Shown here: one piece after another, positions 23,747 to 36,174 of the stretch
Numbering within the stretch: the first letter of the stretch is position 1
Layout of the letters: each line of letters begins with the position of its first letter
Source: Vicugna vicugna
Lineage: Eukaryota
Direction: 5' to 3'
DNA length: 64,000 nucleotides
NCBI GenBank assembly: GCA_013265495.1
Contig: MU057733.1
Span: 62,001 to 126,000 of the forward strand
The notes under the pieces: generated by a model
What the model saw: the letters and a program-made list of their open reading frames with translations, nothing else
Told to the model about the DNA's origin: nothing
The model's database searches: none
Made by a program: the position numbers and the translations under genes

Positions 23747-24124
23747 TGCGAAGCCCGACTTCCCACCCTTTCACACACGGGTTGGTGAGATCTACTCACC
23801 CTCTCTCCGGCCTGCTCGCCTGGTAATGCGATGAGAGGTCCTCTCTGGTAGCTTCCCTCTCAGGTTGCCAAGTGGGTCACCCAAGCCTCTCTCCACTCCT
23901 TTTATACTCTTGAGGGAGTAGGTAAACCATTCTTCCCAGATTAGATTATCGCAAACCTTTCTTCCCAGATTAGATTATCATAAACCTTTCTTCCCAGATT
24001 AGGTTATCTCCACAGGATCTTTTTTCACAGCTCTTTTGATAGCATTCTAGGGAGTGGCCCCCTAAGACCTTTGTTTTGAATCCATTCTGTAGATTCAAAA
24101 AGCAATCATTGTAGGTTACCTACA
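23747..24124 (-). mobile_element. Probable solo LTR with internal 3x29-bp tandem repeat
   Basis: TG...CA ends; minus TATAAAA 23906-23900; tandem 23924-24010; no clear TSD, so boundaries are uncertain. Confidence 0.6.
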
Positions 24125-24149
24125 CGTGTTCCCTATTTTTTTTTTTTTT

Positions 24150-24311
24150 AGGGGAAGCACAAAACACAGTCCCCCACTACCACAAATACACAGTTGAGTC
24201 TTCCGCGTTTGGGGAAATCACAGGGGTCAGAACACCTGGAGTGCAATGGATGAGCGTCTCCCTGGGAAAACCATCTCCATGATCACGGTATCTCCCCTGC
24301 CAGGGAAGTAT
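24150..24311 (-). pseudogene. RNU1: Full-length processed U1 snRNA pseudogene
   Basis: Minus strand reads ATACTTCCCTGGCAGGGGAGATACC...TCCATTGCACTCC...ATTTGTGGTAGTGGGGGACTG...CCCCT + poly(A); TSD TG(T/G)TCCCTATTTT at 24127 and 24312. Confidence 0.95.
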
Positions 24312-24419
24312 TGGTCCCTATTTTTTTTTAATAGTTAAGTAAAACAAAAAAATCAGCTTTACTAAGGGATAAATAAAAATTGCATATATTTAAGATGTAC
24401 CATTTGATGTTGCTTATTT

Positions 24420-24870
24420 TTTAATTAAAAAAATTTTAAATTTGAGTATAGTTGATTTATAACATATTAGTTTCAGAGGTACAACATAGTGATTCCAAAT
24501 TGTTATAGGTTATGCTTCATTTAAAGTTATTAGAAAATAATGACTACATTTCCCTAAGCTGTACAATATGGCCTAGTAGCTTACTTATTTTATACATAGT
24601 AGTTTGTACCTCTTAACTCCTACCCCTACCGTGCCCTTCCCCCCTTCCTTCTCCCCACTGGTAATCACTAGTTTGTTTTCAATATTTGTGAGTCCGTTTC
24701 TGTTTTATTACATTAATTTATTTGTTTCATTTCTTAGATTCCACATGCAAGTAATAACATAGGGTATTTGCCTTTCTCTGTTTAACTTACTCCACTTAGC
24801 ATAATATTCTCCAGGTCATCCTTACTGTGGCTTTGATTTGCATTTCCCTAATGATTAATGTTGAGCATTA
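24420..24870 (-). mobile_element. L1 3'UTR fragment
   Basis: TAGATTCCACAT..., CCCACTGGTAATCACTAGTTTG, CTTTGATTTGCATTTCCCTAATG. Confidence 0.85.
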
Positions 24871-25481
24871 CCAATTGGACAACACATTCCCTCTGACTTC
24901 CATCACAATCTTCAAATATGGCACCTTTTATAGGTGAAATTTCTTAGGAATGGATACTCAGGAGCTAAGTTGCAGGGGCCATAGTGTATATTTGTATTGG
25001 TTTGATCAAGAAACTCTAGATTGTTTTCTAGAAAGCTCCATCACTGCACCACCAGTAGGCATGAACATTCTCATATCCCTGTATCCCTCCAGCATCAAAC
25101 CCTCCAATACTTGGCATTACTCAACTTTCTAAGTTTTGCCCATCAAATGGATATAAAATGTTATTTCATGCTTTTAAAAAATAATTGTATACTTTTTTTT
25201 TAAGATTTCCTGTTTCTTAATGATTTTCTGTAGTTCTCTGCAAACCATAAAGAATAACAATTAGATATGAAGGATATTGATTACTCCTAGGGTTGAAGTT
25301 GGAAGAGGAATGGAATAGGAAAGATGTACAGGAGCTTTCAACTGCACTGTAATGTTTAATTTCTTAGGTTAGGGGTAGGTTACATATATTTATTTACTTA
25401 ATCTTTATCTCTTTATAAAGCTTATGTGGTATGTAACTTTAAATAAATTCTGCATGCTGGAATCAACTCAGTATTCTAAAT

Positions 25482-25665
25482 CAGCGCTTCTCAAAGTGTG
25501 GTGCCCAGAGCAGAACCATCAACATCACCAAAGAACTTGTTTGAAATGCAAAATCGAATTGCTCTCCAGACCTCTGGCCTCAGAAACTCTGGGAGTGGGG
25601 CCCAGCAATCTGTGTTTTAACAAGCCTTCCAGGTGACTTTGGGGCAGCTAATGTTTTTGAATTAT
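25482..25665. mobile_element. MER5A-like hAT element
   Basis: CAGCGCTTCTCAAAGTGTGGT...GGGCCCAGCAATCTGTGTTTTAACAAGCC. Confidence 0.8.
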
Positions 25666-25904
25666 TGTTGTAGGGAAAAACTAAAGGACATTTTGATGCT
25701 TTCTTAAAAATGAGAAATTATACTGTTGAGACCCCCAACTATTCTTTTCCATTTTTATTTTTTTCATGCGAATTCTTTGTATCTGCAGTATTTTATATGT
25801 CTGGACCAAATTTCAAATTCTTATTATTTGATATAATGAGATAGCATAAATAACTGGGATATATAACTACGTCACTGTCTTCAACTGAAAGTTAATCTAA
25901 TCTA

Positions 25905-27187
25905 TCCAGTTTTCTGTCAATGGACATTTAGGTTGTTTCCACGTCTTGGCTATTGTTTGTAGTGCTGCTCTGAACATTGGGGTGCATGTATCTTTTTGAA
26001 TTAAAATTCCCTCTGAATATATATGCCCAAGAGTGGGATTACTGAATCATATGGTAAGTCTATTTTTCGCTTTTTGAGGACTCTCCATACTGTTTTCCAT
26101 ACTGGCTACACCAAACTACATTCCCACCAACAGTGTAGAAGGGTTCCCTTTTCTCCACACCCTCTCCAGCATTTACCATTTGTGGATTTTTGAATAATGG
26201 CCATTCTGACTGGTGTGAGGTGATACCTCATTGTAGTTTTGATTTGCATTTCTCTGATAATTAGTGATACTGAGCATTTTTCCTTGTGCTCTTTGGCCAT
26301 TTGTAGGTCTTCTTTGGAGAACTGCTTGTTTAGGTCTTCTGCCCATTTTTGGATTGGGTTGTTTGTTTTTTTTTAATTAACAATTGTATGAGTTGTTTAT
26401 ATATTCTGGAAATTAAGCCCTTGTCAGTCTCATCATTTGCAAATATTCTCTCCCATTTTGTATGTTGTCCTTTTGTATTGTTTATGGTTTCCTTTGCATA
26501 AGGTTGCGTTTGATTAGGTTTATTTCTGCTTTTATTTCTATTCCCTCAGTAGACTGTCCTAGGGGAACACTGCTAAGATGTATGTCAGATAATGTTTTGC
26601 CTATGTTTTCTTCTAAGATATTTATTGTGTCTTGTCTTATGTTTAAGTCTTTAAGCTATTTTGGATGCAAAACCTAAATGTCCATTGACAGATGACTGAT
26701 AAAGAAGTTGTGATATATTTATACAATGCAATACTACTCAACATAAAAAATAATAAAATAATGCCATTTGTAGCAACATGGATAGACTTGGAGGTTGTCG
26801 TTTTAAGTGAAGTAAGCCAAAAAGAGAAAGAAAAATACCATATGCTATCACTTATATGTGGAATCTAAAGAAAAGACAAATGAACTTATTTTCAAAACAA
26901 AAACAGACTCACAGACATAGAAAACAAATTTATGGTTATGGTGGGGGGAGGGGTGGGAAGGGATAAATTGGGAGTTTGAGATTTGCAGGCATATATACAG
27001 TAGATAAACAGCAAATTTGTACTTCATAGCAGAGGGAACTATATTCAATATCTTGTCATATCCTATAATGAAAAAGTTTATGAAAATGAATATATGTATG
27101 TGTATGAATGGCTGAATTATTATGCTGTACACCAGAAATTGACACAACATTGTAAACTAACTTCAATTAAAAAAAAGATTAAAAAAC
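25905..27187. mobile_element. 5'-inverted L1 insertion (minus 25905-~26665, plus ~26666-27187)
   Basis: Orientation switch near 26665; 18-bp TSD GAAAG(T/G)TAATCTAATCTA at 25887-25904 and 27188-27205; A-tail at the 3' end. Confidence 0.9.
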
Positions 27188-28149
27188 GAAAGGTAATCTA
27201 ATCTAATTTCTGTCTAGTTTCTTTTAAATTAGAATATCCAACATTCATCTTTTACAATTCAATCACTAAATTAGACTCAATTTTTGCATGTTTATCTTTC
27301 TTATGAAGAATGGAAATCCCTTTAACAATGTCTGCTAAACTTTCAGTACAATTACTTGAAGTCTTGGCGCTAGAGAAACTAACAGCAGACCAGTCCTGCA
27401 TTTCTGTCTCTCTCTCGACGCCAGCTCACCAGGGAAACCTGGGAAACGGAGTCTGTTGAGCAACCTGCTGGTACACACCCCATCTCATATTCCAGAAAAC
27501 CTTTAATGCTGATGATTGGGTATAATCTGCTGAGCTAAGTGCCTAGAAATTTGCATGTATATTTAACATCAGCAAATTTTTTAAAGTTTCCCCAATATTT
27601 TGCAGAACAATTTCAGAGATAACTTTGTGTCTGACTCATCTCCATTTGGCTGTACAAAGGTAGCTTCAGGTAAACTCTGATGCAGGTGAGATTTGTCTGT
27701 GACACCATACCTGCTTTTTGTGGTTTTAAACCCTTGTCTGGGCCTGCCTGTTATTCTGATGGGGGACTCTCCTGCCCTTCCCTTCACTAGAGCCCTGTCC
27801 CTTTCTCCATATTCTCTGCTGTTGGGGAGTCCTCACTGTGCCCCACGGGTCAGGATGGTCATCCCCTTCCGTATTTCCACACAGACGAAAATTAACTCCA
27901 GGGTCCCTTCCTTCAGAGTCTGGCTCTAGTGACACAGTTGTTAACGGATTTAAACAGAATTAATCAGTCCTGACTCTACTCAGCTCGTAGTTTTCACACT
28001 TCTTTTAAGAAAACCTTTCATTGAAAAAGAAGTAAAACAAGCCAGTTCAAGACATAATTAATCCTGCTGCAGGAGGGTTAAGTTTGGAGCTCAGCCAGTT
28101 GGCTCCTTCTCTCGGAGGAAGAGGGGCTCTCCAAGGAAGTGACTCTCTA

Positions 28150-28475
28150 TCCAACACTGGAAGCATCTGAGGAGTGTTGAAAGCCATACTGATGCCAAGG
28201 CCCTGTCCTCAGAGGTTCTGGTTTAATTGGCCTAGGACTTGGCCTGGGCATTGGCTGTGAGTGCTGAACGCTCCCAGGTGTTGCTCACTTGATTCTCCGC
28301 CTGTATCAGGCATCAGACCCTCCTGAAGGGCTTGGTTAACATTTGACTACTGGGCCCTGCACAGAGTTTCTGGTTCAGTGGGTCTGGGATCCGGGCTGAT
28401 AATTTGCATTTCTAACAAATTCCCCAGGAAGCTGAGGCTGCTGGCCCAGGGGCCACACTTTGAGAACCACTGCTC
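28150..28475. mobile_element. MER5-family hAT remnants
   Basis: AATTTGCATTTCTAACAAATTCCCCAGG...CCACACTTTGAGAACCACTG. Confidence 0.75.
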
Positions 28476-30129
28476 GAGTGAGAATTTGAAAACCTCTGTG
28501 TTAGGAGAACTTTGATCTACCCAGGAAACACTGTCACACCCTTCCTTTAAAAAATACTTTTAAATTTAGAATTATGAACATTATTCTCCTTAATTCGTTC
28601 CATGTTATTATCATCATTAGTCCATGAGAAAACTTCTCTCATTTTAAATTTTTAAAACTTTTTAGCTTACTGCTCAACTTCTACCCCCATCCCCTCCTCC
28701 CCAACCAAAGGTACTCCCTCTAACTCATTTGATGTGTGGCCTTTTTGTAATTATGTTGAAATACCATTAAAAAAAAATTCCCACCTGAAGCAGTTAACAC
28801 TAGTCCTGAGAGTTTAATCACAGAGAGTTTGCTCAGAGGAGAATTTTAAATATGGAATGCTTTGGGGAAACTTCGAGTTACAAAAAGGCCCTGTACTTCT
28901 AAGCTTTTATATACTCAAACCTTAAGTCTATTATTTTTGTTAAAGAAGTAATATTTTGAAGCCCTACCTAATAAATCAAGGTGGATTTCTTTGTAGTGAT
29001 ACTTTTCTATGGAGTAGAACGTTTCTTTAGAGTATTAGTCATGCTGATAACTCACAGCTGACATATCAATCATTCCTAGATTATCTTTAAAATTGCATAA
29101 AACCATGTAGATAAAATATAAATGGGGCTTTATTTCCCATGGGGCTCCTGGGTTTGGATGTTTTCTAGATGTTTAGATGTCTTCTCTCTCAGTGAAGCTA
29201 ATGAGATATTCTTAAATCTTTATGATTGGCTTTCAAATACCAGCAAAGTTAAAAAAAATGACCTGAGCCAAAAATAAACATAGATTTTGATTTTTAACTA
29301 GTCATAATGTTCTAGAAGGCTGTCAGGTTTCTGATCCTTTGATACATGTGGGGCACAGTCCTTGTGACTAACTCATCAAAGCTACTCCAACTGTGTTTGT
29401 GATGCTGCTCTGAGTATCACACTTATTTTTATAAATATTTCTCTATTTGTATTAATATTCTGTGTATATCATAATATTACCCTTAGAGAAATCCTAATGA
29501 CACATATAATTGACAAATGTCACTAATTTTTGTTATGGAATAAGTGAAATTTATTTACTACTTAGTTAAGGAAGAAAATGCATATTATTGTTGTGTTTTT
29601 AATCCTTCCAAATTCTCTTTCACCCACAGATACCATGCCCTATGCATAGATCTTATTGCATATAGTACTTGGTGCAATGTTATGCCTAAATGTTTTACAA
29701 GTACTGGTTGACTTGACTTCAACAGACTCCAATTTTAGGCCCCCATGTCACTGCTTTGACATTCCTTCCACTAAGAAAAAAAATCTGGTAGATAGAAATC
29801 TATCAGATACAGAAGCTCTGTAGTCAGATACCCATAGGAAATCATTTTCTCCTGAGTTAGAGCAAACTTTGATCTAGGAGAGATCGCGTGGCACTTTTGA
29901 TCTAGGAGAGGATCATTGCCTAACTACTTTCCCATGGGTAGTGGGAAAATACTATTTTCTCTTTCGTTTCACTCACACTGTTGTTAAGCCACTTCCAAAA
30001 TGAAGCATTACAAAAAATGTAATTGCTATACTTACTGAAGTGTGTTCAATTTGTGCTGGGTGGTGATTTCTGCATTTAAAAAAATGTTTGTTGAGGAATT
30101 TGCTACATTTTGTTTGTGTAGTTAAAAAA

Positions 30130-30480
30130 ATCCTAAGTGTACTTTGCCACATATTCCTTAGTACAGTTGCTCATCAGCCTTTTATCTGACTTCTTGTCCA
30201 GTTTTGCAAGGTCATTTAGAATTCTAATCCTATCTTCCAAGTGATAAGCACTTATTCCAATTTGCTATTGTCTGTAAATTTAATCATCATGTGCTACAGT
30301 CCATCAACCATACGACTGATGAAAATGTTAAACAGCCTTGTATTCAAGATGAAGCAATGAATGCTCTAGTTTGGCAGGAACTGTTTCTTGCACAACGTTA
30401 GTATGGTTCTCCAACCAAACTATTTTTCAGACAGCTGTATATTAGCCTTTATTTTCTCAAGTAATCAATGTATGTAATAT
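30130..30480 (-). mobile_element. L3/CR1 RT remnant
   Basis: ATTGTCTGTAAATTT (decayed KFADD motif on minus) followed by ACTGATGAAAATGTTAAACAG. Confidence 0.45.
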
Positions 30481-32649
30481 GAAATTAGGATGTTATTAAT
30501 GCCAAGATATATTTATTTTATTGTTTTCTTTTAATCTATCAAGTATTTTAAAGCAGAAAATGAATGCCTATAGAGTTTGATGCCCCTGTCAGGTCAGTAG
30601 TTCTTCAAAGATGGGGTCTGGTGATATATTTCTGTGTTTACCCCTCCTTCCTGATGCCATGGGTTATAGACTAGCATCAGGAATGCAATACATTAACAAA
30701 TTACTAACTAACCAAAAAATAGATTTCATTTGATCATCATAACAAGAAAATCTCCATTGTGCACTATCTTATTTTTTTCCAGACACTATTTTTGGATAGC
30801 TTGTTCCCACATAGAATGCAACATTATGGGACCTGAACACTGATTTAACATACTCGTCTGATTTTGTAAAATTTATACCAATGGAATATTTTACCTCTGG
30901 TCAGTTAGGACTGATTTTTGTTTCATTGCATAACTTCTTCAACACACTTCCCCTTCAGTTGGGTGATGAGCCTATATACAATTTTGAGATCCAATAAGGG
31001 GCAGTGTATAGAGAACATTCTTGTTTGGGTTTAATGGCATATTTACCTGGTTTGCAATTACTCTCACGTACAGTTAGCTGCCCTGGTGTAAAAATGGCTC
31101 TCAGAAATAGTCCCAACATCCATTGTGCTGTGCCAACCCATGCGGAGGATGTATGAAGCCATGAGCAGAGCCTGGTGCTTGCAGTGTGTGAGTAGTGGAG
31201 GAGATTCAGCATTTGAGAGGTATGGATCCAGAAGCTAGACTGTGTAAAATTCTTCTAAATGTTTTGGCCATATTGGGGGAAAAAAAAAACCCTAATAGAG
31301 TTCTACCTAAATCTGATAACATTCCTGAAAATTTGTAGGCCACCACTGATAAGAAATTGGGATGCTAAAGGAGTTTTTGAAATTATCAATAATGAAAACA
31401 ATGTCAAGTTATACATGCTAGAGGAAATAATTATATTTCTTTTTTTTAATATCATCTTTATTTATGAGTACATTAGAAACTGACACAGATCTCTTTAACA
31501 GGAGACTTAGGTTCTCATGGGCATCTACCCTCCACTCACTGTTAGAAAATGCCACTTCAGAATGGCAAAAAAGGCTAAGTAATAACTTAGAGTTATTATG
31601 ACAAGTTTCCAACTTATAGGAAACCTGGAAGGGTCTCTGGGCCTCCCAGGTCAAGACTGTACTGTCCTTTTAACAGACCTGCCCACACTCCTGTGTCATC
31701 TGGAATTCCTTAAAAATTTCATTGTGCCCCCAGGCAACAGAATATTCAATCACTCCACTGGTTTTTAAGGTGCAATTCTAGGGTTAAACACTGCGCCCAA
31801 ACATTTTCAAGCTGTCCAGACTTATCTTCCAAAAATAGTGTATTACTCACTTTACCAACTCTCCCTGCCAAATAAAGGACCCAAAGCATTAGTGTTAACT
31901 GCAAAATTAGTGAGGCTCGTCTTCTCTCCCCAAATCAAGTTATCCCCAGTCCCCAGAGAACGCTGTAAAACAAGGCAGGTATGGGCTTAATCTCTACCAT
32001 AGCAAAACTGATTAAAGCAAATTTTCCCTTGACTTCAGATCAACCCAGATCCAGACAGGTTGCTCTAGAGAGCTGATTCCTGCATAGTCTATCTCCCGGG
32101 TTATTGTCCACAGGACTCTGAGAAGCTGCAGGAACATGCAGGCGCAGACTCAAGGCCCGGCTTCATCTCCAACGTTGTGGAAAAGGACTATTCATCACGG
32201 GGCACAGCCCTATGCTTCCCTACGCCACCTGGACAGAGCTCGGGGAGAGTGACCTCCCGGGGTATCCACGTTGGTCACTATAGTTGAGAACTAACTTCAC
32301 CCAGTTGATAGCTGCTTCGGGAGATATCTATAAGGGAGTGGATTCAAAACACCTGGAGTGTCAACAAAAATCCCAGCCCAAGACCGATAAGCAGACCCAT
32401 ATTAGTCATCTGAATTTTCAGCCAGGTCTCCAAAGAAACATCTAGAAACCCCAACAGGCGATGAGCTTGCTGCTAAAGAAATAGGGAATGCGCAGTTGTT
32501 ACAGCAATGAAAGCTCCTATCGTTAATCCGATCATCTGGAATTGGATAGCAACCTCAAAAGATGAAACAATAGCAGAATTAAAGCATCCGTTTCGAAACC
32601 ACATAAACTCTTTCAAACAAAACCAGGAACAAAGTGCCCTGCAATGCAA

Positions 32650-32995
32650 CTCCACTGAGGACGCCCACGCGCCCCCTCAGGACGCAGCAAGCAGTCCGGA
32701 GGGCGGGCGCCGCGCATTCAGCGGGTGGGCGCTGAGGGTGCCGGCCCTGCCCGCCTGGCAGTTTCGGCCCCAGCGCACCTTGGTGACCAGGCCCCGAGGC
32801 CCACACCCGACCCAGCCGCGTTTTGCTAGTAAATGTAGTTACCACGGTCGCGGAAGATGCAGAGTCATTCTGAATAGTAGCTTCCCACGGAACAGGCTGG
32901 TTGGCGCCCCCGGGTAGCAGGCCTAGAGTTACCGCCACGCAGGCGGTTAGGAAGACTTCCCCGGCAGCCGGGGCAGCGGTCTTCCCCGGAAAGCT
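32650..32995. promoter_or_regulatory. Small orphan CpG island
   Basis: Local GC/CpG enrichment, GGGCGGG box, GCGGAAG ETS-like site; no coding exon recognised. Confidence 0.65.
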
Positions 32996-33171
32996 TTCTG
33001 TTTTTCTTTATTAACTATTATACAATTACCACATGAAGAGGCAATCAAAGAGAATGTGTCAAAAAAAAAAGTCGAAAAAGTTATGGAGGGATGAATCAGG
33101 AAGCAAATTAATTAAAATGTCATGTTTTCTTTTTTGAATTTTATGATGTCTATGGCATTTTGCAGCTTTTT

Positions 33172-33870
33172 TTTTTTGACCCCCTCCATCCCAGGACGCT
33201 GCCCTCCCCTGGCAACCCCAGCCTCCCCCTCAAGGACCTCCCCCCGCCCTCCGCCTGAGGACCCCTCCCCACTTACCCCCCAGGACCCCTTTCCTCCTAG
33301 GACACCACCCTCCCTTATAAAGACCTCCCCTTCCCCCAAGGACCCCGTCCCTCCGCCCCTCCCAGGACGCTGCCCTCCCCTCCATACCCTGGCCTCCCCT
33401 CAAAGACCCCCCTCCCTCTGCCCAAGGACCCTCCTTCCTTTCCCTCCCTCCCAGGACCCCCTCCCTCCAGGGCCGACACCCTCACCTGTAAAGACCCCTG
33501 ACCTTCCCCCGAGGACCCCCTTCCCTCCTAGGAACCCACCCTCCCCGCCTTCCTCTGCCAGATCCTCCTCTCCGCTCAAGCCCCCATCCCTTCTCTCAAG
33601 GGCCTGCTCTCAAGGGCCTGCTCACCGCCTTGGCCCTGCCTTTGTCCCTCCGCTGTACTCTGTCCCGGCCTCTCTCCTAGCTCCGCTCCCTGTATCTACC
33701 TCAGCTCTTTATTCTGCTCCCCCTCTACCTCAGTCCCACTTCTCCTCTCTGTGCACCCCTCCTTGCTCTGGCCGCACATCTCCTCTCCCAGCCCCTTACC
33801 TTCTTCCCTCTACCTCAGGGCTGTCCCCGCTTCTCCTTTACCTCAGTCCCACTCCTTGCGCCCCTCTCCT
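33172..33870 (-). mobile_element. Unclassified G-rich VNTR-like retroposed insertion
   Basis: Perfect 16-bp TSD CATTTTGCAGCTTTTT at 33156-33171 and 33871-33886; short A-tail; TTTT/AAAAA target site. Confidence 0.75.
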
Positions 33871-35574
33871 CATTTTGCAGCTTTTTAAAATTTATAATTT
33901 GTTTTTACATTCTAAATAAATAATCATTTTCTTAATAAGTTTGTATTTTAAAAAATTGTTTTACTTAAAGAGAACCCCCAGGTTGTGTAAGTTCCAGGCT
34001 TCACAAAGCCTGTGCTTAACCTCGGATCCCACCCACTCCCCAGTGTGTGGCAGTGATGTAGTGACCCCTGGTCTTTGCTCCAATCCAGTGTTAGTCTTAC
34101 AATATGGCCATCTTATGTATCAAATACTATAGAGAAGAAAAGTAGATATTAATTATGATTTTTTTTGAAACCAGAAAACCTGGTACCTGTTGAAATTATC
34201 TGAATTACCTGTAAAGTTGCTAACAAATATTTTTATAAAAACATGTTTTTCACTATAAGTCTCTGTGGAGGGTGCCATCAAAGGCATATGTGAATTCTAT
34301 TTTTCAGAGACCTTGACAGGAACAGAAAATATATGCAGTGTGGTCTGCTACCTGTACTGTCCCCCTCTATGTGGCTAGTGTGCTTGAATTTTGTGGGCCA
34401 GTAAGAATGTCAGTGGGGACTGGGTCACCCAGGACTGAGTAGGTGGGTGGTCACCTACTCATCTTTAAAAAGATGGGAAGGAGCTGGGGGCATAGAGAAG
34501 CTACACTTACCTCTCTGCTGCCTGCCTTCCTCCTCCCAGAGCTATGCTCCTGGCTGGGGTGAAGGGGCAGTGGGGCACCTCCAAGAGCCCAATGAGTTCC
34601 TTTCATGAACACACAGAGGCTTGTCTAAGTCCAGTAGAAATCTGGTTCGGTGGCCTGACCATGACACTTATCTTCAGGGTCATAGCAGATGGTCGGGCAC
34701 TGCTGGTGAGTCACCCCTCTCAGGTGGTTCCTGGCATTGAAGTGAGGCTCTGCAGAGCAAGAAGCGTGATCTGTCAGGTGATTTCATCAGGGCATCACCA
34801 CTGTCTGAGTGCTGACTTCCCCAGAGGCCATCTAATGTGTGTGAAATGAGCCCTTGTCAAATTCCAGGAATATCACTGTCTCATTATGTGACCTTCGACA
34901 AGGTCACTTAAATTCTCAGAGCCTTGTTTCCTTGGTTAAAACGGAAAGTGGTTCCACAGAGTTGGCATGAAAATTTGAACTGTTAATGTATGGAAAGTGT
35001 TATGCAGATCTAGACAAATGAAATTATTTTATAACACTGTGGATATAGTATAAGACATGTAGATACTATTTATAGCCTCTACATTTGCAAGAGAACTTGA
35101 GATATTTACAACAGTGGAGGAGAAAGGAACAACTGAAAAAAAGTAGATGACATTCTAGTGTCATTTATTCACTCAACAAACACACACTGGTCACTATCCT
35201 GTGCAAGGTCTGTGAGGCACTGTGGGGCTTGACTTCAAAGAATTTACAATCTAGGAGGGAACACTGGATATATATACCAGCGATTCAGAAGGTAACATTT
35301 GCTGGGTGTAAAATGTGTGCATAAAGTAACCGCTATGGCAGTTCAAACCAGAATAATCCTGAGGAAAGTTTACTAAAGAGGGAAGGCGGTAGAGGCCGGT
35401 CCCAGCATGTGTTGAGTTCCTAGTGTGTGCACTACTCCAGGTGTCTGTACTCTCAGTGGGACTCCAGGCAGAGGAAACTGTCCCCACAGAGGTAGGGAGA
35501 CAGAGTCCATATATAAGATGTGGCAGGGAACAGGCTTCTCAGAAGGAAGCAGGCCCCAATTAAGATGATTTTTT

Positions 35575-35727
35575 GTTTTCACTTTTTAAAAAATTTTATT
35601 TTATCTTTTTATTTTTGGGGGAGTAATTAGGTTTATTAATTTATTTTAACGGAGGTACTGGGGATGAAACCCAGGACCTTGTGGTTGCTGAGCACACACA
35701 ACCTACCGCTGAGCTACACCCTCCCCC
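35575..35727 (-). mobile_element. tRNA-derived SINE (camelid type)
   Basis: Minus GGGGAGGGTGTAGCTCAGCGGTAG...GTCCTGGGTTTCATCCCCAGTACCTCC...TAAACCTAATTAC. Confidence 0.85.
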
Positions 35728-36174
35728 TGCAACAAAGATAATTGATTTGAGTTTGAAGAGTTGTCCAGGTACAGCATGATGGACGGCTTCAAATGTAAGG
35801 TCAAGATTTGGTCTCTGCCTGGTGGATAATGCAGGTGATGCTTCCTATGGAAGCCCTTAAGAAGAATACAAGTCTTTTTTGAGCAAAATTTGTGTTCTCC
35901 TCACAAGGCTCACCAGTGAGCCAGTCTTACATGTTAGCTCTGAATGCAGGACAGATTGTGTAAGCAAGTTTCACGTGTGGTAACAATTCCAACTTTGTCC
36001 TGTGCTCATCTGGAAATTTCTTAAGGCAATGAAATGTGGCAGTTGAAGCTCTTGGTACCCGTTTTTTACTTACTGGTCCCAAAAGAGGAGTTTAAACAAT
36101 TGCGAGTGACCCCTTGGCTAGGGGATTAGTTGTCTTAATCCTCCAAGTCACTAGAACTCAAACTTTACTATTTT

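Noticed and set aside
23924..24010. CRISPR-like 29-bp direct repeats
   Set aside because: Head-to-tail with no spacers, in a mammalian genome; this is a tandem repeat within an LTR-like element.
29866..29910. Local duplication ACTTT(T)GATCTAGGAGAG
   Set aside because: Short slippage-type duplication with no enclosed element.
33122..33919. 265-aa proline-rich ORF
   Set aside because: By-product of a C-rich, stop-poor repeat; it crosses both TSD boundaries and has no recognisable domain.
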